From positions 1 through 33,264 of the IMG/VR virus record IMGVR_UViG_3300032290_000772: DNA of 33,264 nucleotides. One strand, given 5' to 3'. The notes under the pieces are model-generated. The model made no database searches and had not been told where the DNA came from. It saw nothing but the letters and a program-made list of their open reading frames with translations. Below are positions 17,018 to 25,969 of the stretch, piece by piece. Within the stretch, counting starts at the first letter, position 1. Each line of letters begins with the position of its first letter. The position numbers and the translations under genes are program-made. Source of the DNA: a virus. Lineage: Duplodnaviria; Caudoviricetes.

Positions 17018-18547
17018 ATGCCCGGACTTACATACTCACTAAATGCGGACGGAACAGGACTCGAAAAGGGGCTGAAATCTGCCGCGCAGCGCGTTGACAA
17101 GTTCCGTAAAGACGTAAGCAGACAGCCGTTGCTGCAATTTGAGCGCGAGAACAAAGCGGAGCGTAATATCGTCGGCATGACGACGGAGCTTGCCAATGCT
17201 CGAACCGGAGCGGAGATGCTTTCGGTAACGCTGGCAAGGACTGGCGACATTTTCCAGAACTCGCTTGCGACCGGAGTTGTGATGGCAATGGGAGCTGCTT
17301 TGTTCGATATGGCAAAGCAGGCCGACGAAGCATTCAAAAACTTTCAGGCGTTGTCGATTGAAGCGCGGAAAGGAATGTCGAAGGCGTCCGTCATCGGCGA
17401 CATAGGCGACATCACGCAAGGGCTGAAAACCTACGACGAAAGACTTAAAGCAATTCGACAGGAGCAGCAGCGGCAGCAAAGCGTTGCAGGCGCAATCGGA
17501 ACACGCGTCAACTCGTGGATGGGTGGACCGGGAGTCCAAGAGGCCATGAATGAAACGGAGAAAGAGATTTCCCGTTTACAGATAGAGCGCGCAAACACAA
17601 TAGCACGCATAAATGAGTTGTCAGAGCAACAAATGCAGATTGCAGATGCAATGGCGCGAGGAGCGCAAGATGAAGTCGAAGCACTGCAAGAGAAGTTCCG
17701 ACTCGAAAAAGAAATTGCAAACATTCGGCTGATGGGACTGGATGAAGAGGCAAAGAAGAAAGCTATTGCGGCGGCGACCGCGATTAGCGAAGCGAAGGAA
17801 AAAGCGAAAACTGCAAAATCTGTTCAGGAACTTCTCGACGGAATCGAAGAGGACGAAAAGATAATCGAAAAACGCAGACGCGATGCGCGAAAGAAAAACG
17901 ATGAGGATATTGCTGAGCAGATTCGCAAATCACAAGACGATGACGAACAGCTTACGGCGCAAAAACTAGACCGTGAAAAGAAAGCAAGCGATGCGAAACT
18001 GGAACAGATAGCTAAAGAAGCGAAGGCGAAAGAAGACGCCGATGCCGAAGCAGCAAAGCGAATCGAAGCCGTATCGGAAAAACAGCGTCAGCAAATTGAA
18101 GACAGGCTATCACTTGACGATAAGCTAAGGCTGGCAAAGGAGCGAGTTGCTAAGGCGCAGGAAAAAGCGCAGGCATTCAGGAATTTAGGCGAGAACAACA
18201 AGGCTGCGGAAGCGGAACTCGCAGAAGCGCAAGGCGGACTCATGGACGCACGCGAAGCACAGATTCAGCGCATCATGGGAGGCAGCACAAGTGCAGCGGC
18301 GGCGCAACGCGCAGAGCGTAGAGAGCAACGCGCACGGGCGCGCGCAGAGCGTATTCTTAACAAGCGGCAGGATATTAGAGACGCAGACGCAAAGGCACGT
18401 GGAGAATGGGCAAAACCGGCTGAGATGAACTTGCAAGGCGGGCCGGAAAAAGACCCCGTAGAGGCGGCTGTTAAAGAAGGGAACACTATGCTTGGAAAAG
18501 TTGAGCAGCAACTCAAAGACCTCAACCAGCGTTTGACCGTAGCGTAA
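17018..18547 (+). CDS. Tail tape measure protein, short (509 aa)
   Basis: ADGTGLEKGL N-terminus, long A/E/K/Q-rich helical body, position in the tail module. Confidence 0.75.
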   Translation: MPGLTYSLNADGTGLEKGLKSAAQRVDKFRKDVSRQPLLQFERENKAERNIVGMTTELANARTGAEMLSVTLARTGDIFQNSLATGVVMAMGAALFDMAKQADEAFKNFQALSIEARKGMSKASVIGDIGDITQGLKTYDERLKAIRQEQQRQQSVAGAIGTRVNSWMGGPGVQEAMNETEKEISRLQIERANTIARINELSEQQMQIADAMARGAQDEVEALQEKFRLEKEIANIRLMGLDEEAKKKAIAAATAISEAKEKAKTAKSVQELLDGIEEDEKIIEKRRRDARKKNDEDIAEQIRKSQDDDEQLTAQKLDREKKASDAKLEQIAKEAKAKEDADAEAAKRIEAVSEKQRQQIEDRLSLDDKLRLAKERVAKAQEKAQAFRNLGENNKAAEAELAEAQGGLMDAREAQIQRIMGGSTSAAAAQRAERREQRARARAERILNKRQDIRDADAKARGEWAKPAEMNLQGGPEKDPVEAAVKEGNTMLGKVEQQLKDLNQRLTVA

Positions 18548-18551
18548 CATT

Positions 18552-19235
18552 ATGGACATTCGACACGGCACACTTACAATTCTACCGCAGCAAGGGCCAT
18601 CGTTCACGCGGACTAAAGGCGGCGGGTTTGACGAAGGGCAGCGGGTTTACAAAGTCGCAAGCTCTAACGCCCGCACGTATCTCGAAAAGGTATTCAAACC
18701 GGGACGCAGTGACAGAGACATTGCAAAGATTGCCGGACTCATTAACACGTCACACGGAACGCCTCGCGAGGTTTTCAAGTATATGTGCGTGGACAATGCT
18801 GATATCACGTATGACGACGGCTCGACAGCGCACATTACGGCGAACTTTCTAGGGCTTCTAGGGACTCAGCCAAAAGAAGCGACCTGCATTCGCTCGACCG
18901 CGTATCAGCAAAAAGCGACAATCAAGCCGGGGACAAACTACGTCTCGATTATCAACGAACCAAAGCCCACTCTCAGCTACGTGTTTTGCTTGATTGGAAA
19001 ACGCCCCTCATTGGCGCAATCAGGCGAGGAAGTGACAAACCCGCTTGGCACTCAGTCTATCGAAAACGAGGCGATTGAAACGGCTTTTAATGGCTTCTAT
19101 CCCGCACTGACGCCGCTCTTTCAAGGATGGGTTCGCACGGACCTTTCTATCCGTTGCCCCGGCGACATTGCGGAAGGGCACGTTTACGAGGTATCGACAA
19201 GCCTGCAATGGATTGTTGTGCCTGCATTGGAGTAA
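18552..19235 (+). CDS. Tail tip / distal tail protein (putative)
   Basis: First gene after tape measure; beta-rich. Confidence 0.5.
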   Translation: MDIRHGTLTILPQQGPSFTRTKGGGFDEGQRVYKVASSNARTYLEKVFKPGRSDRDIAKIAGLINTSHGTPREVFKYMCVDNADITYDDGSTAHITANFLGLLGTQPKEATCIRSTAYQQKATIKPGTNYVSIINEPKPTLSYVFCLIGKRPSLAQSGEEVTNPLGTQSIENEAIETAFNGFYPALTPLFQGWVRTDLSIRCPGDIAEGHVYEVSTSLQWIVVPALE

Positions 19236-19239
19236 AGCT

Positions 19240-19479
19240 ATGTTAGACCCTAGATGGAACGAGATTGATTTTAACAAAACGTATGTCATTAGCGGCAAGC
19301 GTCTGAAAGACCTTTTGCGACGTTCGACTGACGTTCATGGGACAGAGAATCAAATTAACGTTGTGGAGGATGCAGAGGGCGGCGTTTCGATTGAGATAGC
19401 CTCGCAACGCGTCTGCTACGTTATCGCAAACGGCGCCCCCGTGAAGGCAATCATTCCAATCGTAATCGTGGCAGAATGA
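19240..19479 (+). CDS. Small tail-associated protein
   Basis: 79 aa from ATG 19240, tiled between neighbours. Confidence 0.55.
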   Translation: MLDPRWNEIDFNKTYVISGKRLKDLLRRSTDVHGTENQINVVEDAEGGVSIEIASQRVCYVIANGAPVKAIIPIVIVAE

Positions 19480-20312
19480 GGCTACCGCATTTTATCGGCG
19501 CATATATTGATTTAGACGGTGACGGCGTTTTCGGAACCGAAGCCGGAACGATTGGCGAGATGTTGAATCCTGCATTGCTTACTTTCCCGATGATGGGAGA
19601 GTATCAGCAACCGCTAGACACAGAGGCAAACTTTACTCCGCGCCCTATCAAATGCACGATTGCAAAGGCGATTGAATGGATGTTTCGAGTGAAGACTTGG
19701 AGTATCACGGTTCAAATACCTTCCGGCGAAGGTAGCGAGTTTGGAGCGGTTACATTCAGCCTTCCAAACATCGCCCCCCCCACTGACGAAGTTGACGCAT
19801 TATCGCAGCTTTCGGAATCAAGTTACGCGCAAATGCAGTTCCAAGGCTATTCATCACAGGCTGACGTTGGCGATAGGAGTTTCGAGGCGACTGCGATTCT
19901 AGATTTATTCGTGCGGTCGATTGGTGAGCTTCCTGCGAATTACGAGCCGTATCAAGTTAGCAACTGCACAGACCCAGAAACGGACGACATTTTAGTCACG
20001 ATGCGATTGCGCGTCACAATGGCGGTTTACGATAACGTGACATTCGAGGAATGGATTGCGACAACTGATTCATGGGATGACGCAGAACCGGACGAGTTCA
20101 CGGATGAGGGCGTTACGCTTGACGGCTTCAACTTCGCCACGCGATGGCCTTGGATTGGATTCACAAGCGGCGCACAGACATACTTGGATGCCGCGCCATA
20201 CTTGACGGTAAATCCGGAAATATGGTGGACATATTCAGACGGAATAAATGCAATCTGGAATGCTACCACTGGAGCAAAAGAGCGCAGCGTTATCACGGGC
20301 GAGACGATTTGA
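19476..20312 (+). CDS. Acidic virion protein (putative)
   Basis: 278 aa, ATGA overlap, within the tail module. Confidence 0.55.
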   Translation: MRLPHFIGAYIDLDGDGVFGTEAGTIGEMLNPALLTFPMMGEYQQPLDTEANFTPRPIKCTIAKAIEWMFRVKTWSITVQIPSGEGSEFGAVTFSLPNIAPPTDEVDALSQLSESSYAQMQFQGYSSQADVGDRSFEATAILDLFVRSIGELPANYEPYQVSNCTDPETDDILVTMRLRVTMAVYDNVTFEEWIATTDSWDDAEPDEFTDEGVTLDGFNFATRWPWIGFTSGAQTYLDAAPYLTVNPEIWWTYSDGINAIWNATTGAKERSVITGETI

Positions 20313-20330
20313 CGAAACCGCTCTAGAAGG

Positions 20331-21647
20331 ATGCCGAACTTAATCACATGGAATATTGACAACAACCTCTTGGACTTGTCAGGACTTGATACAAGCCTGC
20401 AAGACAAGCTCACAGTTCCCGTGCCGTCTCAACAGACTTTCCGACTTGGATTCTATCGCGGTTCAAGCGGAGACACGCGGCGATACATCGACATGGGAGC
20501 GGACCCGTCGATTGAGTTCCTAATCAAGCCAGCAACCGGAAACAATCGCTTTGACGTTACGCCAGTTGTTTCGAGTCCTACGTTCACGCGGCTGGCAGTT
20601 GATGCGCTCGGGGATTATTATTACGAGGGCAGTATAGAGTTTGCATCTCCCAAGTTTATAAAGGCTCTAGGAATCAATTCAGGATTTATTCGCGAGAGTA
20701 TCACGATTGAGTGCGTAGCGAACACGGCAAAGCGGCTAGACGGGCTATACATCGACATTTACACGTCAGCCTCTGCGTTTTACCGCTTTTGGTTTGAAAC
20801 GACAGCAACAACCGTTTCCGCTCCAAGCGCAGGCGGTGGCACTCTCTACAAAATCAATGTAGCGAACAACGCGACAGCCGATGACGTTGCAACGGCATTG
20901 GTTAACGCAATCGACAGCGTGATTGATACGAACGCGCTCACGGTTTTGACCGATACCGTATCGGCAGAGTTTGCCGCTTATGGTGCGATGGGAGAACATA
21001 ACCCAAACAGCACGGGGTTCACGGTTACGCTTGTAACTTGCGGAAGCATTCCGAATGCGACAACGGACGTAACTAGCGCAAGCTACAACGGGCAGCTTGT
21101 CTATCTCAATTCGACCGCTCCGCAAATCTCCCCACTGTTTACTTTGGAGGTTGTGAACAGCCTTTACCGCGACGGGCAAAACTTCCCATCTGGAACGGCA
21201 AGCTCTTACTTCGTGGTGAAATCAGCGGACCAAACGCGAGCGAGCACGACGACAGTTGCCGACGACAGCGAGCTTGTGATTGCGCTAAAAGCTGGAACTT
21301 ACCAGCTAGATGCGAACATTGTTTTCAGTAATGATACCGGAGGAACTACTCCCGGCGAGAAGTTCAAATTCACATATTCAGGCACGGCGACAGTTGCCTC
21401 CGGTAATCTGATTTACGGCAACAATGGAGGAAACCCTTCTATTTCCAGCTACCCTAACAGCACGGACGCTAATTTTCTTGCGCCTACAATTTCCGACACG
21501 CATCGTAATTATGGCATCTCTGCCGGCGGGATTCTAATCGTCACAACGGACGGAAATCTCAGTTTCCAATGGGCGCAGCATACAAGCTCAACAACCGTCT
21601 CCCGCGTGAAGGCTGGCAGCTTCGTGCGTCTATACAAACTCGCTTAA
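20331..21647 (+). CDS. Minor tail / receptor-binding protein
   Basis: Multi-domain, S/T-rich; C-terminal KSADQ...DDSEL...FQWAQ...GSF.RL resembles jelly-roll domains of phage minor tail proteins. Confidence 0.6.
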   Translation: MPNLITWNIDNNLLDLSGLDTSLQDKLTVPVPSQQTFRLGFYRGSSGDTRRYIDMGADPSIEFLIKPATGNNRFDVTPVVSSPTFTRLAVDALGDYYYEGSIEFASPKFIKALGINSGFIRESITIECVANTAKRLDGLYIDIYTSASAFYRFWFETTATTVSAPSAGGGTLYKINVANNATADDVATALVNAIDSVIDTNALTVLTDTVSAEFAAYGAMGEHNPNSTGFTVTLVTCGSIPNATTDVTSASYNGQLVYLNSTAPQISPLFTLEVVNSLYRDGQNFPSGTASSYFVVKSADQTRASTTTVADDSELVIALKAGTYQLDANIVFSNDTGGTTPGEKFKFTYSGTATVASGNLIYGNNGGNPSISSYPNSTDANFLAPTISDTHRNYGISAGGILIVTTDGNLSFQWAQHTSSTTVSRVKAGSFVRLYKLA

Positions 21648-21648
21648 A

Positions 21649-21993
21649 ATGATCGCCGGAAAACTCGACCTTGAAATCAAGAAAGGATGCACGTTTCTGA
21701 AAGTTCTCGTTTGGGAGGATTCAGCAGGAACGCCTATTGATATTACCGGATGGACTCCGCAATGCGATGCTCGAAAATCGCTTTCCGGTGACGTGGAGTT
21801 TGACCTTGGCGTGACCGTAACCGATGGGGCAGCGGGAGAGTTCACGATGGAAATTTCAGACGAGGATACTGCCGAACTAACGGCAGGCTCTTACCGCTAC
21901 GATTTGATTTTCGACAAGCCAGACGGCACACGCTCGGAACCTGTTATTGAAGGGCGAGTAGTGGTCAAGCAAGTCAACTCACAAAAGGCATGA
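21649..21993 (+). CDS. BppU-N-like Ig-fold tail fibre adaptor
   Basis: G.TF...W.D..GTPIDITG...YRYDL...EG.V.V pattern. Confidence 0.65.
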   Translation: MIAGKLDLEIKKGCTFLKVLVWEDSAGTPIDITGWTPQCDARKSLSGDVEFDLGVTVTDGAAGEFTMEISDEDTAELTAGSYRYDLIFDKPDGTRSEPVIEGRVVVKQVNSQKA

Positions 21994-23666
21994 CGCTTTC
22001 GACAACAGAAATAACGAATACGGTAACGGTAACGGAAAACCCCGATTCCATCACTATCGTCGCGGACAACTTTACGCAAACGGGCGGAAGCGGAACAGTA
22101 ACGAGCGTTTCAGTCACAAGCGCAAACGGTGTTTCCGGAACGGTAGCAACGGCGACAACTACGCCAGTTATTACGCTGACGCTAGGCGCAATCACGCCTA
22201 CAACGGTCAACGGGCTAACTCTGACTGCATCGACCGGCACGGTAACAATCACGAACCTGAAGACGTTCGCGGTTACGAACACGATTACGCTTTCCGGAAC
22301 TGACGGAAGCACGTTGAACATTGGCGCAGGTGGAACACTTGGAAGCGCGGCATTCACCGCTGCCACTGCTTACCTTGCGGCGGCGAGCAATCTTTCCGAC
22401 TTGGCGAGCGCATCGACGGCACGCACAAACTTAGGGCTAGGAACGCTCGCAACGCAGAGCGGCACATTCAGCGGAACAAGCTCAGGGACGAATACCGGCG
22501 ACCAAACTAGCATCGTCGGAATAACGGGAACCTTTGCTCAATTCAACACGGCGGTTACTGACGCGAACCTTGCGAGGACAACGGGGACAAATTCATTTAC
22601 GGGATTCCAGACGCTTGATTCAGGAGCCATAATCGGAACGACCGATGCAACTGGCTATTTGGTTTTCAATCCCGGTGACGAGTCTGGATTTACAGTTAGC
22701 GTCGAATACGGGAGTCCTAAGACAGACTCTAGAACATGGTCCTTCCCTGACGCGGACGGTGTTTTTGTTGGAGAATCGACCGCCCAGGCATTAAGCAACA
22801 AGACAATCAGCGGTGCATCCAACACTATCACAAACGTGTCGCTCACAACCGGCGTCACTGGCACGATGCCCGTCGCCAATGGTGGCACCGGCGCGACTAC
22901 GCTCTCGGGGCTAGTGCTTGGCAATGGCACCTCGGCAATGACTGCCGTGACGACCAACGCCGCTCTTTATGCGGCCGTTACCGATATGTATGTCGATCAC
23001 ACCGTCGCAATCATGGATGAGGATTTTCTCGGCGGCACGAACGGCGACGGGCAGGCGGGCACGCACGGCGTCCGTTACGGCACGATCAGCGGATCAAACT
23101 CCATCGCCTACATTGCAGGTGGTGCCGACAACCCTGGACAGCTTCAGCTCTCGACCGGAGCTAGCTCAGGCAACGCTGGCAGCTTGTATTTTGGGGGATC
23201 AGGGCTTACCCCTTACATAATTGGTGCCAACCATTTTGAAGTCCGCATAACTTTCAAGCTCAACCAGACGACCGCGACCAAACTCCGAATCGGACTAATA
23301 AACGACTACGCCACAGTCACTCCAGGGCGCGGCGAGTATCTGCGATACGACACGTCGCTCGGGGACACCAATTTCATGTACGTCGTGAAAGATGGTGGCT
23401 CAGAAACAGCGACCTCGACCGGCATCGCGGCTGATACGAACTGGCACACCCTGCGCATCCGCACAATTACGCCGGGCAGCTACATCTACGGAATGAGCAT
23501 GAACACAAGCGGCGGGTCCTTTGGCGCGGAAACGCAGGTCACAAACACAAATAGCGTCGGAGGGGTCACGCGCTACATCGTCGGCATCATCGGAAACGCC
23601 GCCGTTGCGGCCTCGAAATCCTTCATCCTCGACGCCGTTAAAATGCGCTGGAAATGCGCCCGATGA
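21990..23666 (+). CDS. Tail fibre protein
   Basis: T/G/S-rich shaft with NLSDLASASTARTNLGLG and GTMPVANGGTGAT fibre motifs; C-terminal beta-sandwich-like domain. Confidence 0.8.
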   Translation: MTLSTTEITNTVTVTENPDSITIVADNFTQTGGSGTVTSVSVTSANGVSGTVATATTTPVITLTLGAITPTTVNGLTLTASTGTVTITNLKTFAVTNTITLSGTDGSTLNIGAGGTLGSAAFTAATAYLAAASNLSDLASASTARTNLGLGTLATQSGTFSGTSSGTNTGDQTSIVGITGTFAQFNTAVTDANLARTTGTNSFTGFQTLDSGAIIGTTDATGYLVFNPGDESGFTVSVEYGSPKTDSRTWSFPDADGVFVGESTAQALSNKTISGASNTITNVSLTTGVTGTMPVANGGTGATTLSGLVLGNGTSAMTAVTTNAALYAAVTDMYVDHTVAIMDEDFLGGTNGDGQAGTHGVRYGTISGSNSIAYIAGGADNPGQLQLSTGASSGNAGSLYFGGSGLTPYIIGANHFEVRITFKLNQTTATKLRIGLINDYATVTPGRGEYLRYDTSLGDTNFMYVVKDGGSETATSTGIAADTNWHTLRIRTITPGSYIYGMSMNTSGGSFGAETQVTNTNSVGGVTRYIVGIIGNAAVAASKSFILDAVKMRWKCAR

Positions 23667-23923
23667 CTATGGAACCTTCAATGCAAATTTTCGAGTGGCT
23701 GCACAAGCTCGGCGGCATCGGGTATGTCCTAATCGGCGGCGGCGGATTCTTGTTCACGTGGTATCTACGAAAGAACATTGAAGAACAAAGGGCGATGCGC
23801 GAGGAATTGCGGCATTTCAATCGCATTCTCCTCGGGATGCTGTTGAGCAAGAACAGCGAACCGAAAATGCAGGAACTTGCGGACTTCATTTTGGCGACAG
23901 AACAAAAACAGATTTCAAAATGA
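23663..23923 (+). CDS. Single-TM membrane protein of the lysis cassette (holin/antiholin or spanin-like)
   Basis: TM segment LGGIGYVLIGGGGFLFTWYL then a helical tail; ATGA overlap with the fibre gene. Confidence 0.6.
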   Translation: MTMEPSMQIFEWLHKLGGIGYVLIGGGGFLFTWYLRKNIEEQRAMREELRHFNRILLGMLLSKNSEPKMQELADFILATEQKQISK

Positions 23924-24354
23924 AAGCCTTAAACATCGAGGACAACGAGGACGAGCGGGACATCATGCTGTATAATTTGCGGCGACTTGGATTCGATTCC
24001 ATTGTTGAGCGGTCAACGCTGAAAGCAGCGATTCAGACGCTCACGGAGGCAAAGGAGCGCGGCGAGTGCTTTGATTTGATAACGCTGGATTTGAAACTTC
24101 AAGACTCGACTCCGGAAACGACCCTTGCGAGCCTGCCAATTATCGCATCGTTTGCGGCATCGGCACCGATTATGGTTGTGACCGGACATCCTTCAAGGCT
24201 CACAGAAAACGTGCGGAGCTACGCGCAGGGGTTGCTGCAGAAGCCATACAACTTCTACGACTTCACGAACGAGGTGAACGCAACGATGCGGAGCAAGAAA
24301 TACCGCCCGCTGTTTCCCGTCGCGCTGTTGATTCCACGGCTTAGACTCGCATGA
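23920..24354 (+). CDS. Stand-alone response regulator receiver (CheY-like REC) protein
   Basis: IED acidic pocket, DLITLDLKLQD phosphoacceptor Asp, PIMVVTG Thr, LQKP Lys-Pro; no output domain. Confidence 0.88.
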   Translation: MKALNIEDNEDERDIMLYNLRRLGFDSIVERSTLKAAIQTLTEAKERGECFDLITLDLKLQDSTPETTLASLPIIASFAASAPIMVVTGHPSRLTENVRSYAQGLLQKPYNFYDFTNEVNATMRSKKYRPLFPVALLIPRLRLA

Positions 24355-24545
24355 CCTACCGCCGGATATGCTACTTTTTGTCGTCGTCTCTCACGGTTCT
24401 TTCGCAGCATCCGAACGCGCCAGCCGACGCATGGGAGATTGCAAAGCTCGTATCAGCCTGCATCGTCGGCGGACTGATTGCGCTTCGTGCGTTGGAATCA
24501 GTTCCGGATACAAAGCCGAAAACGGATTCACTTGATTTAAAATGA
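24351..24545 (+). CDS. Holin-like protein
   Basis: 64 aa with two hydrophobic segments, GLIALRA and a charged C-terminus, upstream of the endolysin. Confidence 0.55.
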   Translation: MTYRRICYFLSSSLTVLSQHPNAPADAWEIAKLVSACIVGGLIALRALESVPDTKPKTDSLDLK

Positions 24546-24670
24546 AGCTGATTTTCATCCTACTAACTGCCGCTCTATCCGGATGCGTCACACGCGCCAC
24601 GATTCACGCTAGAACCTGCATTGTGACAGTCTCGCCAAGCGTGGAAATAAAGGCTACACCGCTGCCATGA
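24542..24670 (+). CDS. Small lipoprotein, possible o-spanin
   Basis: Not in the ORF track. MKLIFILLTAALSGCVTRATIHARTCIVTVSPSVEIKATPLP (42 aa), LSG-C lipobox, ATGA overlaps at both ends. Confidence 0.75.
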   Translation: MKLIFILLTAALSGCVTRATIHARTCIVTVSPSVEIKATPLP

Positions 24671-25230
24671 ATACAGAACAAATCAAAGCCATTCAGAAAC
24701 GCATTGGAACGGAACCGGACGGATTCTGGGGACCAAAAAGCATTCGCGCCGTGCAGTCGCACCTTCGCGGAATGATGCCGGACAGCAACCCGTGGCCGGA
24801 CACTTCGCAAGAGGCTCTCACGAAGTTCTACGGGAAAGCAGGCGACGAGACGCGCCTTGTGAAGATGCCAGTTCCGGCAGGCGTAACGGTTCAATACGAC
24901 GGGCAGAACGTGACAACTATCCGATGCAACGAACGAGTCGCGGAAAGCCTTTCGCGCATTCTTGTCGCCGTCTCGAAAGTTGCACCGCTGATTCTTCGGG
25001 AGTATGCTGGCGTCTATAACAACCGACCGATGCGCGGCGGTTCTCTGCCGTCATTGCACGCCAGAGGCGCAGCGATAGACCTTGCACCGGAAACGAACGG
25101 GAATCACGCTGCATGGCCGATTGCGAGCGATATGCCGCTGGAAGTAATGGAGTGTTTTGCGCGTGAAGGATGGAAGTCTGCGGGAGCTTTTTGGGGACGC
25201 GATTCCATGCATTCGCAGGCAACGCGCTGA
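24667..25230 (+). CDS. Endolysin: M15-family zinc peptidase with an N-terminal peptidoglycan-binding domain
   Basis: IQKRIG..PDGFWGPKS binding motif; R...SLHARGAAID and DSMH catalytic motifs. Confidence 0.9.
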   Translation: MNTEQIKAIQKRIGTEPDGFWGPKSIRAVQSHLRGMMPDSNPWPDTSQEALTKFYGKAGDETRLVKMPVPAGVTVQYDGQNVTTIRCNERVAESLSRILVAVSKVAPLILREYAGVYNNRPMRGGSLPSLHARGAAIDLAPETNGNHAAWPIASDMPLEVMECFAREGWKSAGAFWGRDSMHSQATR

Positions 25231-25293
25231 AATAATCCCGCGTTAAAGTCAATCCCCTTTTCGCAGTCTTTTTCGTCACTTTGTAAAAAAGTG

Positions 25294-25334
25294 AAAATAG
25301 TTGTTGCGTGTTTTTTGCGGACCTGCTTTAGTCC
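25294..25334 (+). promoter_or_regulatory. Candidate promoter of the right-hand early block
   Basis: AAAATAGTTG-TTGCGT-17 nt-TTTAGT; upstream AAAATAGT also precedes the 2310 promoter. Confidence 0.35.
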
Positions 25335-25383
25335 AAACCGTCAGCACGACGCTGGCGAAAACAAAAACAGAACATCCGACAAA

Positions 25384-25491
25384 ATGAACGAACACAATAC
25401 AGACACACTCGAAGAACTGAACGCAATCCGTGAAGCCGAACTGGATTACGTTTACGAAGCGGAAATCTCAATCGAGGACGCGGACCTCTAA
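25384..25491 (+). CDS. Small acidic protein
   Basis: 35 aa (MNEHNTDTLEELNAIREAELDYVYEAEISIEDADL) with A/C-rich leader. Confidence 0.5.
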   Translation: MNEHNTDTLEELNAIREAELDYVYEAEISIEDADL

Positions 25492-25552
25492 CCACTCACT
25501 TGTCGGTGAGCCGTCCCGAGAAATCGGGCGGCAACCGGCGAATAATAAGAAC

Positions 25553-25750
25553 ATGAAAACAGAAACAGAAACAGAAACAGACACAATCGACAGTCACTTC
25601 ACGCTCTGCGAAGCCGCGCCGGATTTGCTGGCACTTGCGGAACGAGTCGCACGACTCAACCCGAACTGCGCGGAGATTGGGGCCGGAATGCTGGCACAAC
25701 TTCACGCTGACGCGGTAGCAGCAATCGCGAAATCCAAAGGAGACAAATGA
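25553..25750 (+). CDS. Hypothetical phage protein
   Basis: AAPDLLA...AAIAKSKG motif common in phage early proteins; ACAGAA repeat encodes TETETE. Confidence 0.7.
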   Translation: MKTETETETDTIDSHFTLCEAAPDLLALAERVARLNPNCAEIGAGMLAQLHADAVAAIAKSKGDK

Positions 25751-25965
25751 GCGACATACACGGACCCGACGCAAACGAGCGTCACGAACGGAACAAGAAA
25801 GCATTACGCTATCTTTCTGACCTTGAAAAACGCGACGAGCAAAACGAGCAGCTATGGAAAGAACAATGGCAAGCTCGCGGGCTTGGATGCTTGTGCATTC
25901 TGATTCTCAACTGTGCAATCTGGTATCTGATTTACTGCGTCTGCAAGGCACTCGGGGAACTTTAA
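25747..25965 (+). CDS. Small membrane protein
   Basis: Cys-rich C-terminal hydrophobic segment; ATGA overlap. Confidence 0.6.
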   Translation: MSDIHGPDANERHERNKKALRYLSDLEKRDEQNEQLWKEQWQARGLGCLCILILNCAIWYLIYCVCKALGEL

Positions 25966-25969
25966 CAAC

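Noticed and set aside
20331-23666. Diversity-generating retroelement target in the fibre genes
   Set aside because: No reverse transcriptase and no template/variable repeat pair seen in the window.
25556-25580. ACAGAA microsatellite as a phase-variation switch
   Set aside because: The 6-bp unit preserves frame, and similar AAACAGAA words are common near starts in this genome.
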